Shown here: one piece after another, positions 16,001-31,000 of the stretch
Position numbering within the stretch: position 1 is the first letter of the stretch
Layout of the letters: every line of letters starts with the position of its first letter
NCBI GenBank assembly: GCA_977020255.1
Contig: CDROCS010000242.1
Coordinates: 558,001 to 622,000, forward strand
Source of the DNA: Obrimoposthia wandeli
Lineage: Eukaryota
DNA: 64,000 bases
Direction of reading: 5' to 3'
Notes under the pieces: model-generated
The model's database searches: none
Seen by the model: the letters and a program-made list of their open reading frames with translations, nothing else
Told to the model about the DNA's origin: nothing
Position numbers and translations under genes: made by a program

Positions 16001-19000
16001 TTCGACCATAATTCGAGTTTCAATTGTTCAACATTTGTATTACTTATACAATTTTCAAAAATAAGTTTGATATCCAATCTTTTAATCTGTTTTTATAATA
16101 GTCAAATGTCAATTGTAACACTATGATTACTTTTAAATATAATTTTATATCCGGATACGTTGAAGGATATTTTAGCCGAAACAATAAATGTATGAACATT
16201 TGATATTAATCTTTTCACTTTTTTTTAAAAATATTTATCTGAAAAGAAAATATATTACTACTGAGATAACTACATTGCTAACACATGCGATTATTACATC
16301 AAGACTTGATTTTCAAAATTCTTTGCTGGTTAATATTTCAACTTATCAATTAAATCGCTCATAGAAAAATACTAGTACAAGTGAACATATAATGAAGTTT
16401 TATTGGCTATACCAGAATTGAATTCAAGGTTCTACTTATTATCGAAAAATGTTTTTTCTAAAAAAACACGAATATTTATACGGTCTTCTCGAGATTTGTG
16501 CAGTGATCATCTATATGCATTTTAGGAGCAGCGATGATAACTTTAGATTGGTTAAAATACATTTAAAAAACAAACACAGTAATAGAAGATTTGAAATTTA
16601 TGCTCCGAATCTTTACAACAATCAACGGATAAAACTAAAACAATGTTGAAAAATTCAAGAGCAGCTGAAGACTTTACTATTCAGAAAATATTATGAAGAA
16701 TAATGGAAAACTGGAAGCACTTAATAGCTTTATTATATATTAGTGCTTAGCTTTAACTGACTGTGCTTAAATTTCGGAAGGGTTTGATTCAGTCCACGAA
16801 AAGATGTTAGATGTATTTGATTACAAATCGGAATCAACTCTACTGTTGACAATATCAGGGGTGAAAATTTGAGCCAGGAACCACTATTGGTATCGAGAAG
16901 AGTGTATTATCTAATTATTTTGGCAATTAACTCTTCTTGACGATCGATTTATGTGAGAGATACTTCGGCTTTATGGCCAAATTAATTTGCAAATTTATGA
17001 TTTGTTGATTGGGATGAATCAAATTTGTACGTTTATTGCCTTTTTGTTTTTGAACTTATATTTATACTTTTATATATATTTGGTAACATTCATATTTTTA
17101 TTAATTTTCTGTAACATACGGCAATTGTAAGTGAAAAAATGAACATAAGATAAAATTAATTATATAGGGTAATTTCATGTTATGTATGTTGGTGAAGGGT
17201 GATGATGCAGCTTAGCCAACCCAGTTTTTGAATCAAAACCGATCTGTTAAGCAGCAGTGTTTTACCCCCAATTTTTACTCAGTTCTGCACAGTTTTAGAA
17301 TCTGCGAATGGAAATCAAAATGGTTACCAAGTGAATATAAAAGCAAAGTTATAGCCATGTTGTCGCCTGCTCTGTTTGCTTTATTATTTATGAACCTTGG
17401 GAAACCTTTTCTCACACAATTGTTATGAATAAGATGAATGTTAAATAGAACATCGGAAAATATCAGGAATTGATGAGTTTGGAGTTTCGATTCTAGCTCA
17501 ATTTTTACAAATGTTAGCTACTGTTATGTCTAGTTATTAGTTAATCATACATTTTTTACTTTTCTTTTGCTACGGGAGTTCCTTCAGTTTTATTAGATAC
17601 TCTGATTTGACATATCTGAACGCTGGACTTTTCTTATGGTATTTTCATTATTCCGATGGGTTCCTTGTTTTGGGGAGGGTGCGTCATTTAATATCGATAA
17701 AAAAAACATTTTTACGAACAATCAAATACATCAAGCATCCAATCTCAGTTGTGTCAATTTAAAAGTTTGTATCATATTTCAAAAGAGCGAGAAAATACTA
17801 TTTAGTATTTCAATTTGTTAGAACCTATTGGTGCAAACAGATATTTGAACTGCTTTTTTTCTAAAACTATTCAGGACAGTATTCATGTGAGCTATAAATA
17901 TTCAGAAACTTTTGAAATTGAAACAGAAAAAAATGAAAAAATACAGACCTCGGGTTATATGAAAAGATGGCTGTTCTAGACAAAATTTTCAAATAATCAT
18001 CTGCCAAAGTCAATGAAAATATTCGGGAAAAGAAAACTTTTAAGTAATAAAATGAAACAAATGACTTTGAACGATTTTTTGTCTCAGTAGGTGTATATTT
18101 TAGAGAATATTTGAGTTTAATTTATTTGGGTTTTACATTTGTTATACATAATAAATATACATTTTCGTATGTGAGGCTTTGTGTATAAGAACAAACAATC
18201 CTTCATTAAGCATTCAAAAGAATTGTCTCAAACTTTTACAAATATTTAATAGTATCGCATAATTTTTGTGTGACGATTTACTTAATTGTGTCAAAAGGAA
18301 TTTTACAAGTGTGTCTCAATTAAGCGAATTTCACTGAAAGACTGATATACGTTATATAGAAACAAAATTTTGTCCTAGGTTATCCAGCCAAGGGGTAACT
18401 TAAGAAAGTTACAAAAATATTTAAATATTTATAAAAAATTCAATAGTCTTATTTTCTTCCAAACAGTAGGAAAATATAACTAAACTGGAAAAATGAATGG
18501 AAGTATTAAAAGATGAATCGTTGTTATTTATAATGACGACCTAAATTTGTTATTACTATGTTGATTATTTGATTTTATTTCATTATACAAAGAAAGGTAT
18601 TTTGAAATCAATCTTATTATAAAGTACTTATGTAGACCTTCTCTGGTTATGAAGGAACATACGGTAAAATAGAAACAATCATTGATTTGTTAAGTACAGT
18701 TGTCAATATTCAGCATTTTGTATCTTTGCAGAGTCAACGGAGATGCAAGAGAGTGTACAGCGGCTTGCAGATGTACGCAATATCATTTCCCAGCTCAGCA
18801 TTACCGTTCGCACTGACGAGTTCAACCTCCAGAAGGAGCGAACCCTCAAGAAGAAGGAGGAGGAACTTCTGGTGGAGCTGCAGCCGCTGGAGAACGTTAG
18901 TATTGATGATTTGGTCGCATTGTAGACTAGCTGAAGAGTATTGGAATTTGTGTCACCCTGTGTTTTTCAATTTGTCTGATGTGTTCTTAATTTGCAATTA

Positions 19001-22000
19001 TCTCATAATTGTCTTTCCTACAGATAGCTGTCGTAGTTTTTGTAACTGAAAGAAGAACCACCAGATTTAGTGTACACAATAGAAACTTATGCCACCTTTC
19101 CTGAGTGTGTTCTTGAATATCTAACATAAAATAAAAACTGATAATCAGTGCGTCCCATAAATGTGCATAATTAAATCAGTAAACTAATGCAAATTCAATG
19201 TTGTATTTAACAAAGCAACAATATAATCGGTACTTATTATATGTATTAATAGTTTTTAATAGCCCCATTAAGTCTTGAACTATAATTGCCCATTTAATTA
19301 ATAATCTACCTTATTTCCATGTAAATTATAGTTTTGAAATGTTCTAACAAATTAATTTGATTCTCGTACAGTTTGTTTCAAGTAATCCTTAAAGAAAAAA
19401 ATCATATGGATGAGGTCAGGGGAGCAATCTTGAGGGGCAACTAAACGTTAAAAGTACAATCCATTACTCGATTTGCAGTACCTTCCGCCAATAAAATGTT
19501 TGATGAGTCATAAATTTTAACAAAAGATTTCGGTCACTTATTCAGTTTTCGTCAAATAGTGGTGGGAAAGTTAGATTTTAGGAGGAGAAGTGATCCATCC
19601 ACTAGTATGGCTCCGCTGAAGTTGTAGACGAGTTTCCATTATTAATGATCATTAGAAGAGTTGTATTTACATACAGATTGACTGAGAGAGATAAACTGAA
19701 ATATTTCAAATATTCCAGACTTCATTTTCATTATTAAGTACCATTCATGTGGTATTTATTTGCTCTATGTTGACAATTAAAGACTATCTAGATGAATAAT
19801 ATATTCCTGTTCCATTGAAACGGTTTGCATGCTAATTTCTTTTATATTAATACAATTAGATTTTATCATTAAAAACAATATATAGTGTATATATAAACTT
19901 TTTTGAAACCGAGTTAATTTATTGAATTTTGACTGAGAAAAAAACTTTACTGGTTGTTTGTTAAAATATCACTTTGATACAATTAAAAATATTACATTTT
20001 GCATTTTTATTACGCTCAGTCAATTTAAAATTTTTGAAAAAATATATTTTATTTTAGAACATGACTATAAACATTTTAAAAATCATTTGCTCTTACCGTT
20101 TTTCTCCGCGTTTAAGCTCACAGAAATCCGAAATTTGGACATTTTGCAGAGAAAAGGGCTGATACGTGGGTCTATAAAAGAATTGATTTTGTTTATCTAA
20201 AACCCATTATATCATTCATCAGTTTTCATTCATTGACCCACTCAAGTTGCACAGTGACAGAGCATCGTCATTCAGGTTAGGCTTCTCCTCTTTGTTTTCA
20301 TCGTCCATATTGTCTATTTGATTGAGAAAATAAGTGTACATGCTTGAAAACATGTGATTTTATCTTCTAAATCGTCTGGTAATTTTTGAGCGATCTGCCT
20401 ACTTTTCTAAAGTGCCAAACTCTCGCGTTTGATGAAACGAGTAAATCAAGTATTACTGACCATGAAATGCTTAAAACCATCCGAAACATTTATCGGTACA
20501 TGTTTTTGTTTTGAGGCTGTTATTATTTTCTAGAAAAAATATAATTGAGTGAAACTTTTCTTTTACAATTGAACCAAGTTTTTTCCTTCTGAAACTTTCT
20601 AGATTAGGTGTTTTTTGAATGGTTGAAGCTTTAACCTTTAAAATATATATGTTGACATTTTGGATGTTTTGTTTGAAAATGAGGTTTTTGGAGCTATCTC
20701 GCGGTATATGAATTCACCGGGATCTGCAAATATTCTAAATAATCTGCAAATCAAAAATTATTTATAATGCAGTATCATGATAATATTAAGAAAACCGAAA
20801 CCATTTGCTTCTGCATATTGCGCTTCACTGTTGCTATTTATAGACAAATTCATCACAGTATGTCGTGATAATATTTTCAACAGATCCTTGTAGACAGAAC
20901 GAGGAAACAGATTGCGTGGGTCTACATGTATATATAGCAGTCGACTCCGTGTGAAAAAATATTCATAATAATCTATTTTACGTGGAATCTGAAAGTGCAT
21001 CTACTGGATGTACTGACATAAATAATGAATTTTACTGTATAGTTGATTCAAACATGTGTCAATCTTGGATATTATAAAACTAATTGAGTATCACCTTTAG
21101 TTACAAAAATAAAATGAAATTCAACACTTGTTGTGTATGTGTGTGTGCTAATTCTAAATTATTACATAGATGTTTGAATCTTTTTGATTTTTATTGTTTT
21201 ATGTTCTTCAGAGTATTTAAAAATTCACTAATTTTAATCTCTTGGGATTATTATCAGTGTAAAGATTTCCCAAATTAAATAGGAATTCACATTAAAAAAT
21301 TTTGCCTAAAAAATGCAAATTCTTGCGATAACTCCCAGCTTGTAAACATAACAGAAACTGTGTTTAAGAGATACTTCAAACGGCGACTGAACAAATGCCC
21401 ATGTGGACAAATTCCAAGTGAACAAAAGCCTAACTGAACAAAAGCCCAAGTGAACATAAAACAAGTGAACAAAATCCCAACTGAACAAAAGCCTAACTGA
21501 ACAAAATCCCAACTGAACAAAAGCCTAACTGAACAAAAGCCCAAGTGTACAAATTTTAAGTAAACAAAATACCAAGTGAACAAAAGCCAATGGGGGACAG
21601 AATCCCAAGTGAACAAAAGCCTAACTGAACAAAAGCCCAAGTGTACAAATCCTAAGTAAACAAATTACCAAGTGAGCAAAATCCCAAGTGGACAAAATCC
21701 CAAGTGAACAAAAGCCAATGGGGACAGAATCCCAACTGAACAAAATCCCAACTGAACAAAAGCCTAACTGAACAAAAACCCAAGTTTACAAATCCTAAGT
21801 AAACAAAATACCAAGTGAACAAAAGAAAATGTGGACAAAATTCCAAGTGAGCAAAATACCAAGTGGACAAAATCCCAATTGAACAAAAGCCAATGGGGAC
21901 AAAATCCCAAGTGAACAAAAGCCAATGGGGACAAAATCCCAAGTGAACAAAAGCCAATATGTGCAAATAGAAAATGGAAATGGAAAATGTTCTCCTTAGG

Positions 22001-25000
22001 ATTCGTCAATTGTGGATTTTCTAGTTCAACCGCTCAAATCTGCGATTTTGTAGCTTTAGTAAATAAAATATTTATTTGGAAAGTTTTTTCAAAGAATTTT
22101 AGCTGAATTGCTGACCAAAATATCATGTATGTGTAAGGAGCAATTCAGTCAACTCTGACAACCTAGTGGTAACAGAAATCAATTGCAAGTTATAGCTCAG
22201 TGCATTCGAGATCCGACTAGATATATAACGTGTCAGACAGGAAAGCAGTCAAACAGTGCTAAATGAAACCGATCATTTGTTATTGAATATTGCAGTGCCA
22301 TATGTCCCAGGGCTCGGGATTGGCCCACTAATGAAATCTGAGCTGGCAATGTCAAAAGAACATCTGCCAGTTGGTATTGCAGACCGCCGTGTTTTGTCTA
22401 GTTGCAGCCGACCTTCTTGTTAGAAGTGTAATTTAATTGATATATCGGGACTATTGGATACATTAACAATACCCGATTTGTGTACAAACTCCATCTTTAA
22501 TCAACTGTATGTGGTATATTGATTAAATCGTTAAATAAAGACATTTCTGAAGATCTATTTATTTTTAGTTTGTTCTGAAACATTTTTACATTTTAAGTCG
22601 TTATATTTCTATGAAATATCAGAAAATCAAAATATCAGATTGACGAGTGAGCATATCAATGCAGATTTCAAAGGCCGGGAATGTAACATGCAATTTACCG
22701 TGCTTTGTGTTGTGTTTACGGGTGTGATGGTTGGCCATTTGAGTACCAATTTTAAATGGGTGCGATGTGTGACGTTCTTCATTGAAGTTGCACGATTTAA
22801 GTGGTGATCCATTTTGGTAAGGATAACTGACGAGATGTGTTCTGTTTCTATGTGTATGTTTGGGCTATATAACGGCCAGACAAGATGATAAATCACCAGT
22901 TAGTATAGTTTTGGTTTATGTGATCAGAAACAAATAAATGGTAATGAAAGGTTTCTGTTTGAGCAACTACGACCATTTCTTTCCGATTATAATTACCAAA
23001 TAGTTGTGTGCAATTTCAAGACTTCGTGAAGAAAATTAAGACATTGAACTATCACTTATTATGTTTCCATACAGATTTTATCGAGTAAAACTGTTTATTT
23101 ACATCTTCGACTGTTTTTTTAATTTATGCATATAAAAAAATGTTTTAAATTGGCTTTTCACGTATTTTTAAATTATCAGCGCATTTTTCAACACTTTGAA
23201 TTGTTATATCTAGTAAATGTTGACGGAATGGATAATTATGGTAACAATGAACTAAGGTGAAGCGGAGGTCCATTGTCGATAAAAGGTCAAGGCTGAGTCG
23301 GAACCTCTTATGAAATTATTATCCATCGTATTCCATCGTATGAAGGTATATTTGGATGCCAACCAAAAGTGAAACTGTAATATAAATATATCTGTAAGAA
23401 GTGATTTAATCATAATCGTAATTGACCTATCATTTTAATTGACTTTCACTTGTAACGTAGCAGTTTTCAGCAGTGGTCTATTAAAATATATTTTTAGCAT
23501 TCATAAAATCGGTAATAAGGCTGTATTTGTCTCCATAATTACAGCAGCGTGGGGACATTGCTGGCCGTGCTGCAGCCCACACTCGGCGAGTGACCTGGCT
23601 CGGTTTGGGCGCTATGGGCCTTCAATTTGGGCTGCTGGCACGGCTCACCTGGTGGGAGTACAGTTGGGACATCATGGAGCCGGTGACTTACTTCGTGGGC
23701 TACGGCACAGCCATCGCCATGTACGCATACTACGTCGTCACACGCCAGGTCAGTTGCTAAGATGTAGATTTTTATTGAAATTTTGTTTGGGTCATTATGT
23801 CTATATAGTAATTTTCTTGTGGGTTTCTTTGAATAATTTTCCTATGTAGCTAAGATCACTGTGGGTTGGTTGCTGTGGTCCTTTATGTTTTTTTATTTAG
23901 ATGTGTATCTTTTGCTATGCATACGAAGCATGATCCTAAAATATTTTTGCTGCAGGTTGCTATTGAGATTTAATGTTTCATGTCAAGAAAACATGAGGCT
24001 AAATATTTGCATCTAGACCACATGAACAATTCTCAGATTACTCGATTGAGGTCTGTCTCAAAATTTACTTTTTGAATCCCTAGTCGATTGTGAAAATGTA
24101 AAAATCACTATTCATAAACAAAACCTGTTTTTCAAATCTGTGTTTTACTCAAAATGGGAATTCTTTAGCAAATATTATAAAATCACATATTTATACTGTG
24201 TCCAGAGTACTTAAAATTTTCCGCTGTCACTTAAGACCCTGAAAGTTTGTTACTATTTCGATTTTCATTTCTTCAAAACGGAAATTTTTTATTTTCAAAA
24301 GATTGAAATTTAATATTCCTTTTTATATAACTATGAAATTAAAATAGTAACATTTTCATATTATACTGTTTATTGCTACCGGAAATTTCGCGTACGAGTG
24401 GACCCATAGATTTCAAAAATAAACCACATCTTTTTCGATTTAGACACTGGCATTTTCTTCTTGAATCGGCCATGACACTAGTATTAAATTCACCTTTTCG
24501 CTTAATTTTTCATCGAGCTTGCTTTGTTTGTTCAAAGAATCCATTTATTACTGAAAAATGAAATTTTTGCTTCAATAATTACTGAAAGCCTCCAGACCAT
24601 TTCAGCATGTCCCAATTTAACCGTTTTAATTTTTGAAATTTTGTGAACTTCGGTTAACACATAAATTTTCGATACACTGATTTTTTGTTGATTTTAAATT
24701 TCTTGAGGAGATACATCTGGTAGTAATTCTGATTTCATCTAACGAACTTACTTATCATTACAGATCGCTAACGTGAATATTTGGCGTTTGTTTCTGGTTG
24801 GCTACAGATATATTCTTTTCATTTGCACTTTTCATTTTATTGCCTTTTGGGGATCTATTTATACGTAACGCAATAGTCATTTGTCGACCTTGACTTTTGG
24901 ATTTGGATCAGTTTTTCATTTGTTTCTTCCATTTGGAAAAAATATTATATCCAGAATAGTTTACGATTAATAAAGTCATAATTATTTACTTTTACGCATC

Positions 25001-28000
25001 TAAATTATTTTTAATTCGCATAAAACTGTTTAAATATAATAAAAATAAAAAAACGTTTAGAATAATGTAGTGAAATATTCCTTGTTTGTATATGTATTGT
25101 TGTTTTAATATTAATATATTTAGTTGCGTAATTCAAACTCTTGTACTATCTTCTTAATTTTACAACACTGGCGTCGCGAGCAGGATGGAAGAAAAATTGG
25201 AAATCATTTTAAACAGGTTGATCTATAAAGAAACAATCAAATCTCCAAAGCTTTTTGAAGGAGACAATGTGGAAGAATTCATAAGATCAGTGGAGAAGTA
25301 CCTCGAACAAATACAGAATGAGAATTTTTTAAAATGATGGAGTTGTTGGACGAAAAAGTTCAATGTTATGTATATTCGCAACCAGATTATACGAAAAATA
25401 AAAAGGATTTCACATGAAAAAAAATATGCCTTCTAAAATTATATGGAAAGAATCAATCGAATATCTCATATTGGCTTAGATTGTTTTCAATAAAGCAAAA
25501 AGATGGTCAGTCCACAAAAGAGTTCTTAAAATAGGTACGTATTCAATGTTATAAAGAACTGCCAAATATGACATCGGAAGAACGAGAACCAAAAGCGTTA
25601 GAGGTTTTCATATGCGGTTTGCTAAGTGAAAAATGTCAGAAGGCATTAAAGATGCTGCAAGCGAAGACACTCGAAGAAGCGTACGAGTTGGTAAAAAAAG
25701 AAATAGAGAGCTCTGAAGACCAAACGTCAATAGTTTATAGAATGACAGAACTGGATGATGTGAAAGAATTGAAAGCATAAATCGCAGAGTTGAAGAATCA
25801 AGTATACACTCTCACGGTTAGTATTAATAGTTTAATTAAAAATAGTATTAAGAAAGATGCTTATTATAATTCAAGTAATAAAATTAAAAGTAATAAACAT
25901 CTACTTTTAAATGTTGGAACTGTAATAGTGAAAAACACTCATTGAGAAAGTGTACGAAACCGTTATATTGTAATAGTTGTAAAAGAAATGGTCATATTGG
26001 GAAGTTTTGTAGAAAGACCCATGGTATAGATGCTATGGAAATGGAAAATTCTATAATGAGTGACTCTGACCTAGAAAAATGTAGTTCCAATTGGAGTGAA
26101 CAAAGTGTTTATACAGTGAAAACTCTTAATAAAATGAATAATAATGTTAAAAAAATTATAAAAGTAGTAAAAATGAACCTGCATCTACTACAAAAATTAA
26201 AAATGAAGAAAATAAACCAATGTGTTTCGGTAGAATTAATGGGCGTAGAGAAAAACTTCTTTTTGACACAGGCGCAGAAATAAATGCAGTTAGCAAAAAA
26301 TAGTCGATAAAATTAAAGTGAGCAATCGATCAGAAATTAAATTAAGAAAGTCGAATAAAAAGATAAAATGTGCTGATGGGTTCGGTAGACCTATAAAATC
26401 AGAAGTGGAATTGCTTGTTGATGTGGGTGCAAGACAAAAAAGTGTAAATTTATCATAGTAAATGATCTAAACACCTGTATCATACTGGGAATAAGAGCTC
26501 TGAAAGGATTACACATTAATTTTGCTTTAAAATGGAATTTATAGTGGATCTACTTCTGTACCATTTGTTTCTAGAATCAATGCAGTAACAGTGTTTCAGT
26601 CTAAAAATGTAAACTGTTAGGGTGCTGTTTAGAGAGAAACGGAGAAATTCGATTAACGATAGATTTTAGAAGATTAAATAATAAAACAAAGGTATCTACT
26701 TTTCCTATACCAGAATCTCAACAGTAGTTTGATGCACTTCGCGGTTCCAAATATTTTAGCGCCAATGATCTTGCTGCAGGATATTATAACATTCCTTTTT
26801 CTAGAGATGATTTTGAGAAAACAACTTTCAGCACTAGAAAGGGCATTGGGAATTTGTAAGAATGCCCATGGGTCTTGAAGCGGCTCCAGCAACGTTTCAA
26901 AGAGCGATTAAGTTAATTCTCAATGAAGAAGATTGGAAAGAATGCCTTATTTATCTTGATGACATTCTGGTGTTTGGAAAAACAGAAGAAGAGCATTTGG
27001 AAAGACTTAAGAATGTTTTGGGTAAGATAAGAAAAGCAGGTTTAAAACTTTGCCCAGAATTTTTTTATTTTTTTTATTTTTTCTCTAGATCTACCTGATA
27101 ATAAGCTTGTCCAATATCTAATATCGTAAATATTTTAGCATCACCTAGACAATCGAACAAGAGTTGTGCATTCGGTATGGTAAATATAAACTTCTTGGTT
27201 ACAGCATTCAATTGTCTGTAGTCAACACACATTCGAATTGTATTGTCTGGCTTCTTCACAATGACGAGTTCCAAGGACTTTCACAACGCCTTATTACATT
27301 TACTTTTAGTAAATTTTCAATCATTTCATCAACTTGGTTTTCTAAATGCATCGGTTGTCGTCTAGGATTTTGACACATAGGATCGGCAATAGTCTCAATC
27401 TTATGAGAGACAGTTTTGGTATATCCAAGATCAAATTTAGAACACATAAATCTTTTCCCAAATTCCTCAATATAATGTCCTAGAATTGAGTCTATATCGC
27501 ATTTTAAAGAATTACATATTTTATCTGTTCTTTCTTTTGAGGAAAACATTTTCATCATGCAAGACGAGTTCAAATTACATTCTTCCTGCAGCTTTATCCA
27601 AAGGTTTTCCTTGTATCGATTCCACCAACAAATTCTGGTTTAATTTCTTCTACAACGATTATTTCCAAAACATTTTCCTTTCCATTCCATAACACTTTAG
27701 TATTATACCTACCTAAGAGCTGTTGATGATTATTCGAAAAAACTCTACTCAGATATAAATTACTCTGTCTCATTTTGTGACATCGTACTTTCTTCCAACA
27801 ATCCTTACTCATTACAGTAACTGATGCTCCGGAGTCCCACAGCATTTCCCCATCTACATCATTAATCTTCATTATACTCCATTCACGACCATCATTCTTC
27901 ATATACATCTTTTCATTTCGATTTGGTTCTATATGCTCGATCCTACCGACAAAATGTGAGCAATAGGATCGCTCACGTTTCCCCGATTATCATCATGTCT

Positions 28001-31000
28001 ACATTATAACAATATTCTAAATCTTGATTATTTCCTTTCACTTCTTCTGTTATACAAAGTACTCTTGAAGTTTGATGTGGGTTCTTTAAAATATAGCAGC
28101 TGTTGAAATTGTGTTTGAGAGGATATTGATTTCGGAAAGGACCTTTTTCACCACAACAAAAACATGCTCCTGGCTGAAGTTCTTCACTTTTTCAGGAAGT
28201 CCCTTAGCTAAGTTATATTTTCTTTTAGCTATTTGTTTTAAGGAAAACCTTGGCTTTGGTCTCCTATTATTTTGATTTTGGGCGTCTCTATTTATTTATC
28301 TTTTTTATTAATTAACATAATTTCTTTGTTCCTGATGTACTGATACTGGTTTCTTCGTATTGTTTGCGAAATGACGGTTGTCAGGACGGTTGAATTATCT
28401 TTTAACTGTATTCGCATACGTATTATGAATTTGTGCAATCACAGTATTCTTTTTCTCGATTTCGCTGTTCACCTTTGCCAACGCCTCTATTTCTTCTTTT
28501 GGCATCTTTGGTTTTAATAAAAGGTGCTCCTTTAGTTTTTCACTTCTTACTCTATCTTTAATGAAAGCGTCAGTCAGCTCACCTTTGCTAACATTATTTT
28601 CCATCATAGCCTCAACGAGTGTTTTAATTCTAATGCTGAACGCTGAGAAACGCTCGCCTTCAACTTGCTTCACTTTTGCAAGTTCGCAAACTTTGTCAAC
28701 TATGGATTTCCTTTCTAGGAAATTTTCTTCAAACCATTTTTTGACTTCGATATTTGAATTTAACCTTTCACTGGTATCTTTCCATAATAATCCAGCTTAT
28801 TCGGTCAACAGCAACTCAAATGCATCCTAATATTACTCTGATTTGCGTCAACCCATTCTCCTATATCCTTTAACCATTGTTCACCTTCATTTGAACTCAT
28901 TCCATCGTATCTTCTTATGTTATACTGGAACATCATTCTTTGTTCTTTAGGCATAGTCTCGAGGATATTCTTCTTTGATTGACTTCTCGTCACTATATTT
29001 ATTTCGGCGTGGTCGCCAGTTATGTTTTCTATCGTAGACATAATTCAAGATTTCGATTTCACAACACAATTTAAATTATGTTCATTAAATATCAGTTCTT
29101 AAACAAATTAATGAAAGTATGATAATTCCAGTTTCTGATTACATAACTGTATATATATTGTTTTAATGTTAATATATTTAAATGCGTAATTACAAACTCT
29201 ATCTTTTTAATTTTACAACAAATTATGTTACAATTTAATTATAATCAAATTCTGGTAAAAATTAAAAAACAATGAATATAAATGAAAATCACATAAAATT
29301 ATTCTATATTAGATTTTGATTTTAATTTAACGAAAATGAAGATAAGAAATTTTCAACCACAAAATGAAATAACAAAAATACAATCGTTTATAATAAAATA
29401 TTTTACGCCACTTTTTACACAGAAATTAAAGAACAATTTTGGATTTTTTTAAAAGGGAAATTTAACTTTCGATGTTATGATTTTCGGTGTAATAATACTC
29501 CTCCAGTGTTTCCCACAGTGTGGTCTCGTCTATCAGCAGTAATGTGGGGAAATGAAGTGAAGATTTAGTGCGATGTAATCACCATTACTGGCTATCACTA
29601 TTTCTGTGGCAAATTTATAGGTGGTAGTGACTGTCATTTATCTAGTTGTGAAATAATGATGAAATATGCTGATTTAGTGGTATTTTCTATGCTCTCTTAA
29701 CTCGTTATTTATTTTCATTACACGCCATTTCTAATCTGGAAATGAGACGGACAATTTTCACAATAACAACCTCAATAGATTTTACATATTTGAGAGTTTT
29801 ATGTTTTTAATTTCCAGTACTTTTAAAATTAAACTATTTTTTAATAGATTTTACATATTTGAGAGTTTTATGTTTTTAATTTCCAGTACTTTTAAAATTA
29901 AACTATTTTTTAATATTTTTGAGGATGGATGTGTTTATTAATAAATTTGTCCAACATTACACTGCATGACATAATTTTTGTTGATTTAATAGGACAATTT
30001 ATTTCTAGATCGGAATTTTACAATGATTTCAAATACGCTAAGCCAAATTTTCGAACACGTCTACATTTTTATAAAAATTAAAATTCCGATTTTTAAATGA
30101 TTAGTCATATATAGTAGTGTACCTTTTCAACCAACAGATCAAGATTTGAGAGCAACATACAATAGGTTTCTTCTTCCCGCGAAGGGGTGTCCTCATTGAC
30201 TATTCTTGGATCGTATTTGCTGTTTAAATTTATGTACACGCTTATCATTTCTCTATATTCAGTTTTCTAACAGCTCTGATAATGCGCTAATTCTGCGAAG
30301 GAAATGAAATGGTTTATGGAGCATAAAGGTTACTTCGTATGAAAACCAGACTTCCAAAATTTTGTGTATTCATGCAGGAAGAACGTCTGCTTTTTGTAAT
30401 CTTTTCTCCTTAACAAATTCTGTAAGTTGATTGCAACTGATTATTCGTTAAAATGTAAGAGACTGCTTCAGAATTTCGTAAACGATCACTTATTATATTT
30501 GCAACTGCTGCAACGTCTGTCTCTGGAGAACCTTACGGTGTGACAGCAAATCCAGAACAACCATTCGTGTATGAGGAATCAAACTTTTATCTGAACTTGT
30601 TAGTGTCTTTATATCTTGCTTTCATTCTCGATACTATCCGATTATATTTGTGGAAAAAATCTACAGAATTTCCTGCTATTTAACTAAATCCCTAGTTGAT
30701 CTGTCTTTAACTAAATAATAACTTGATACTTAAATTCGCTTAACTAAAACGTAATGGCAGTAAGATTGATAGAATATTAAAATAAAGCTTACTTGTATAA
30801 GATACTGTGTTGAAAAAATTAAACTCTAAAAATATCTTAACGTCTAATATCCCTGTCGTTTTCTTAATCATACATATTCAAGAAGAATAAATTCATTAAG
30901 CAACCAGAGACCCCATTGCTATCTTTGATTCACTTAATAATTGATTACCATAATATGGTGTAAACATTTAAAAGGTTGTCTCTAAATTCTAGTTGTATTC

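Noticed and set aside
16880-16900. TGGTATCGAG as a tRNA-iMet PBS
   Set aside because: Imperfect match with no LTR end before it and no gag ORF after it
21287-22009. Four minus-strand ORFs rich in [10 protein letters not shown]
   Set aside because: Translation artefacts of the 16-bp minisatellite
23439-23849. 136-aa ORF in the track (and 18687-19049)
   Set aside because: These are off-frame readings across MCU exons; the conserved MCU peptide is in another frame
30100-30650. Possible Tc1-like remnant on the minus strand
   Set aside because: No catalytic motif recovered
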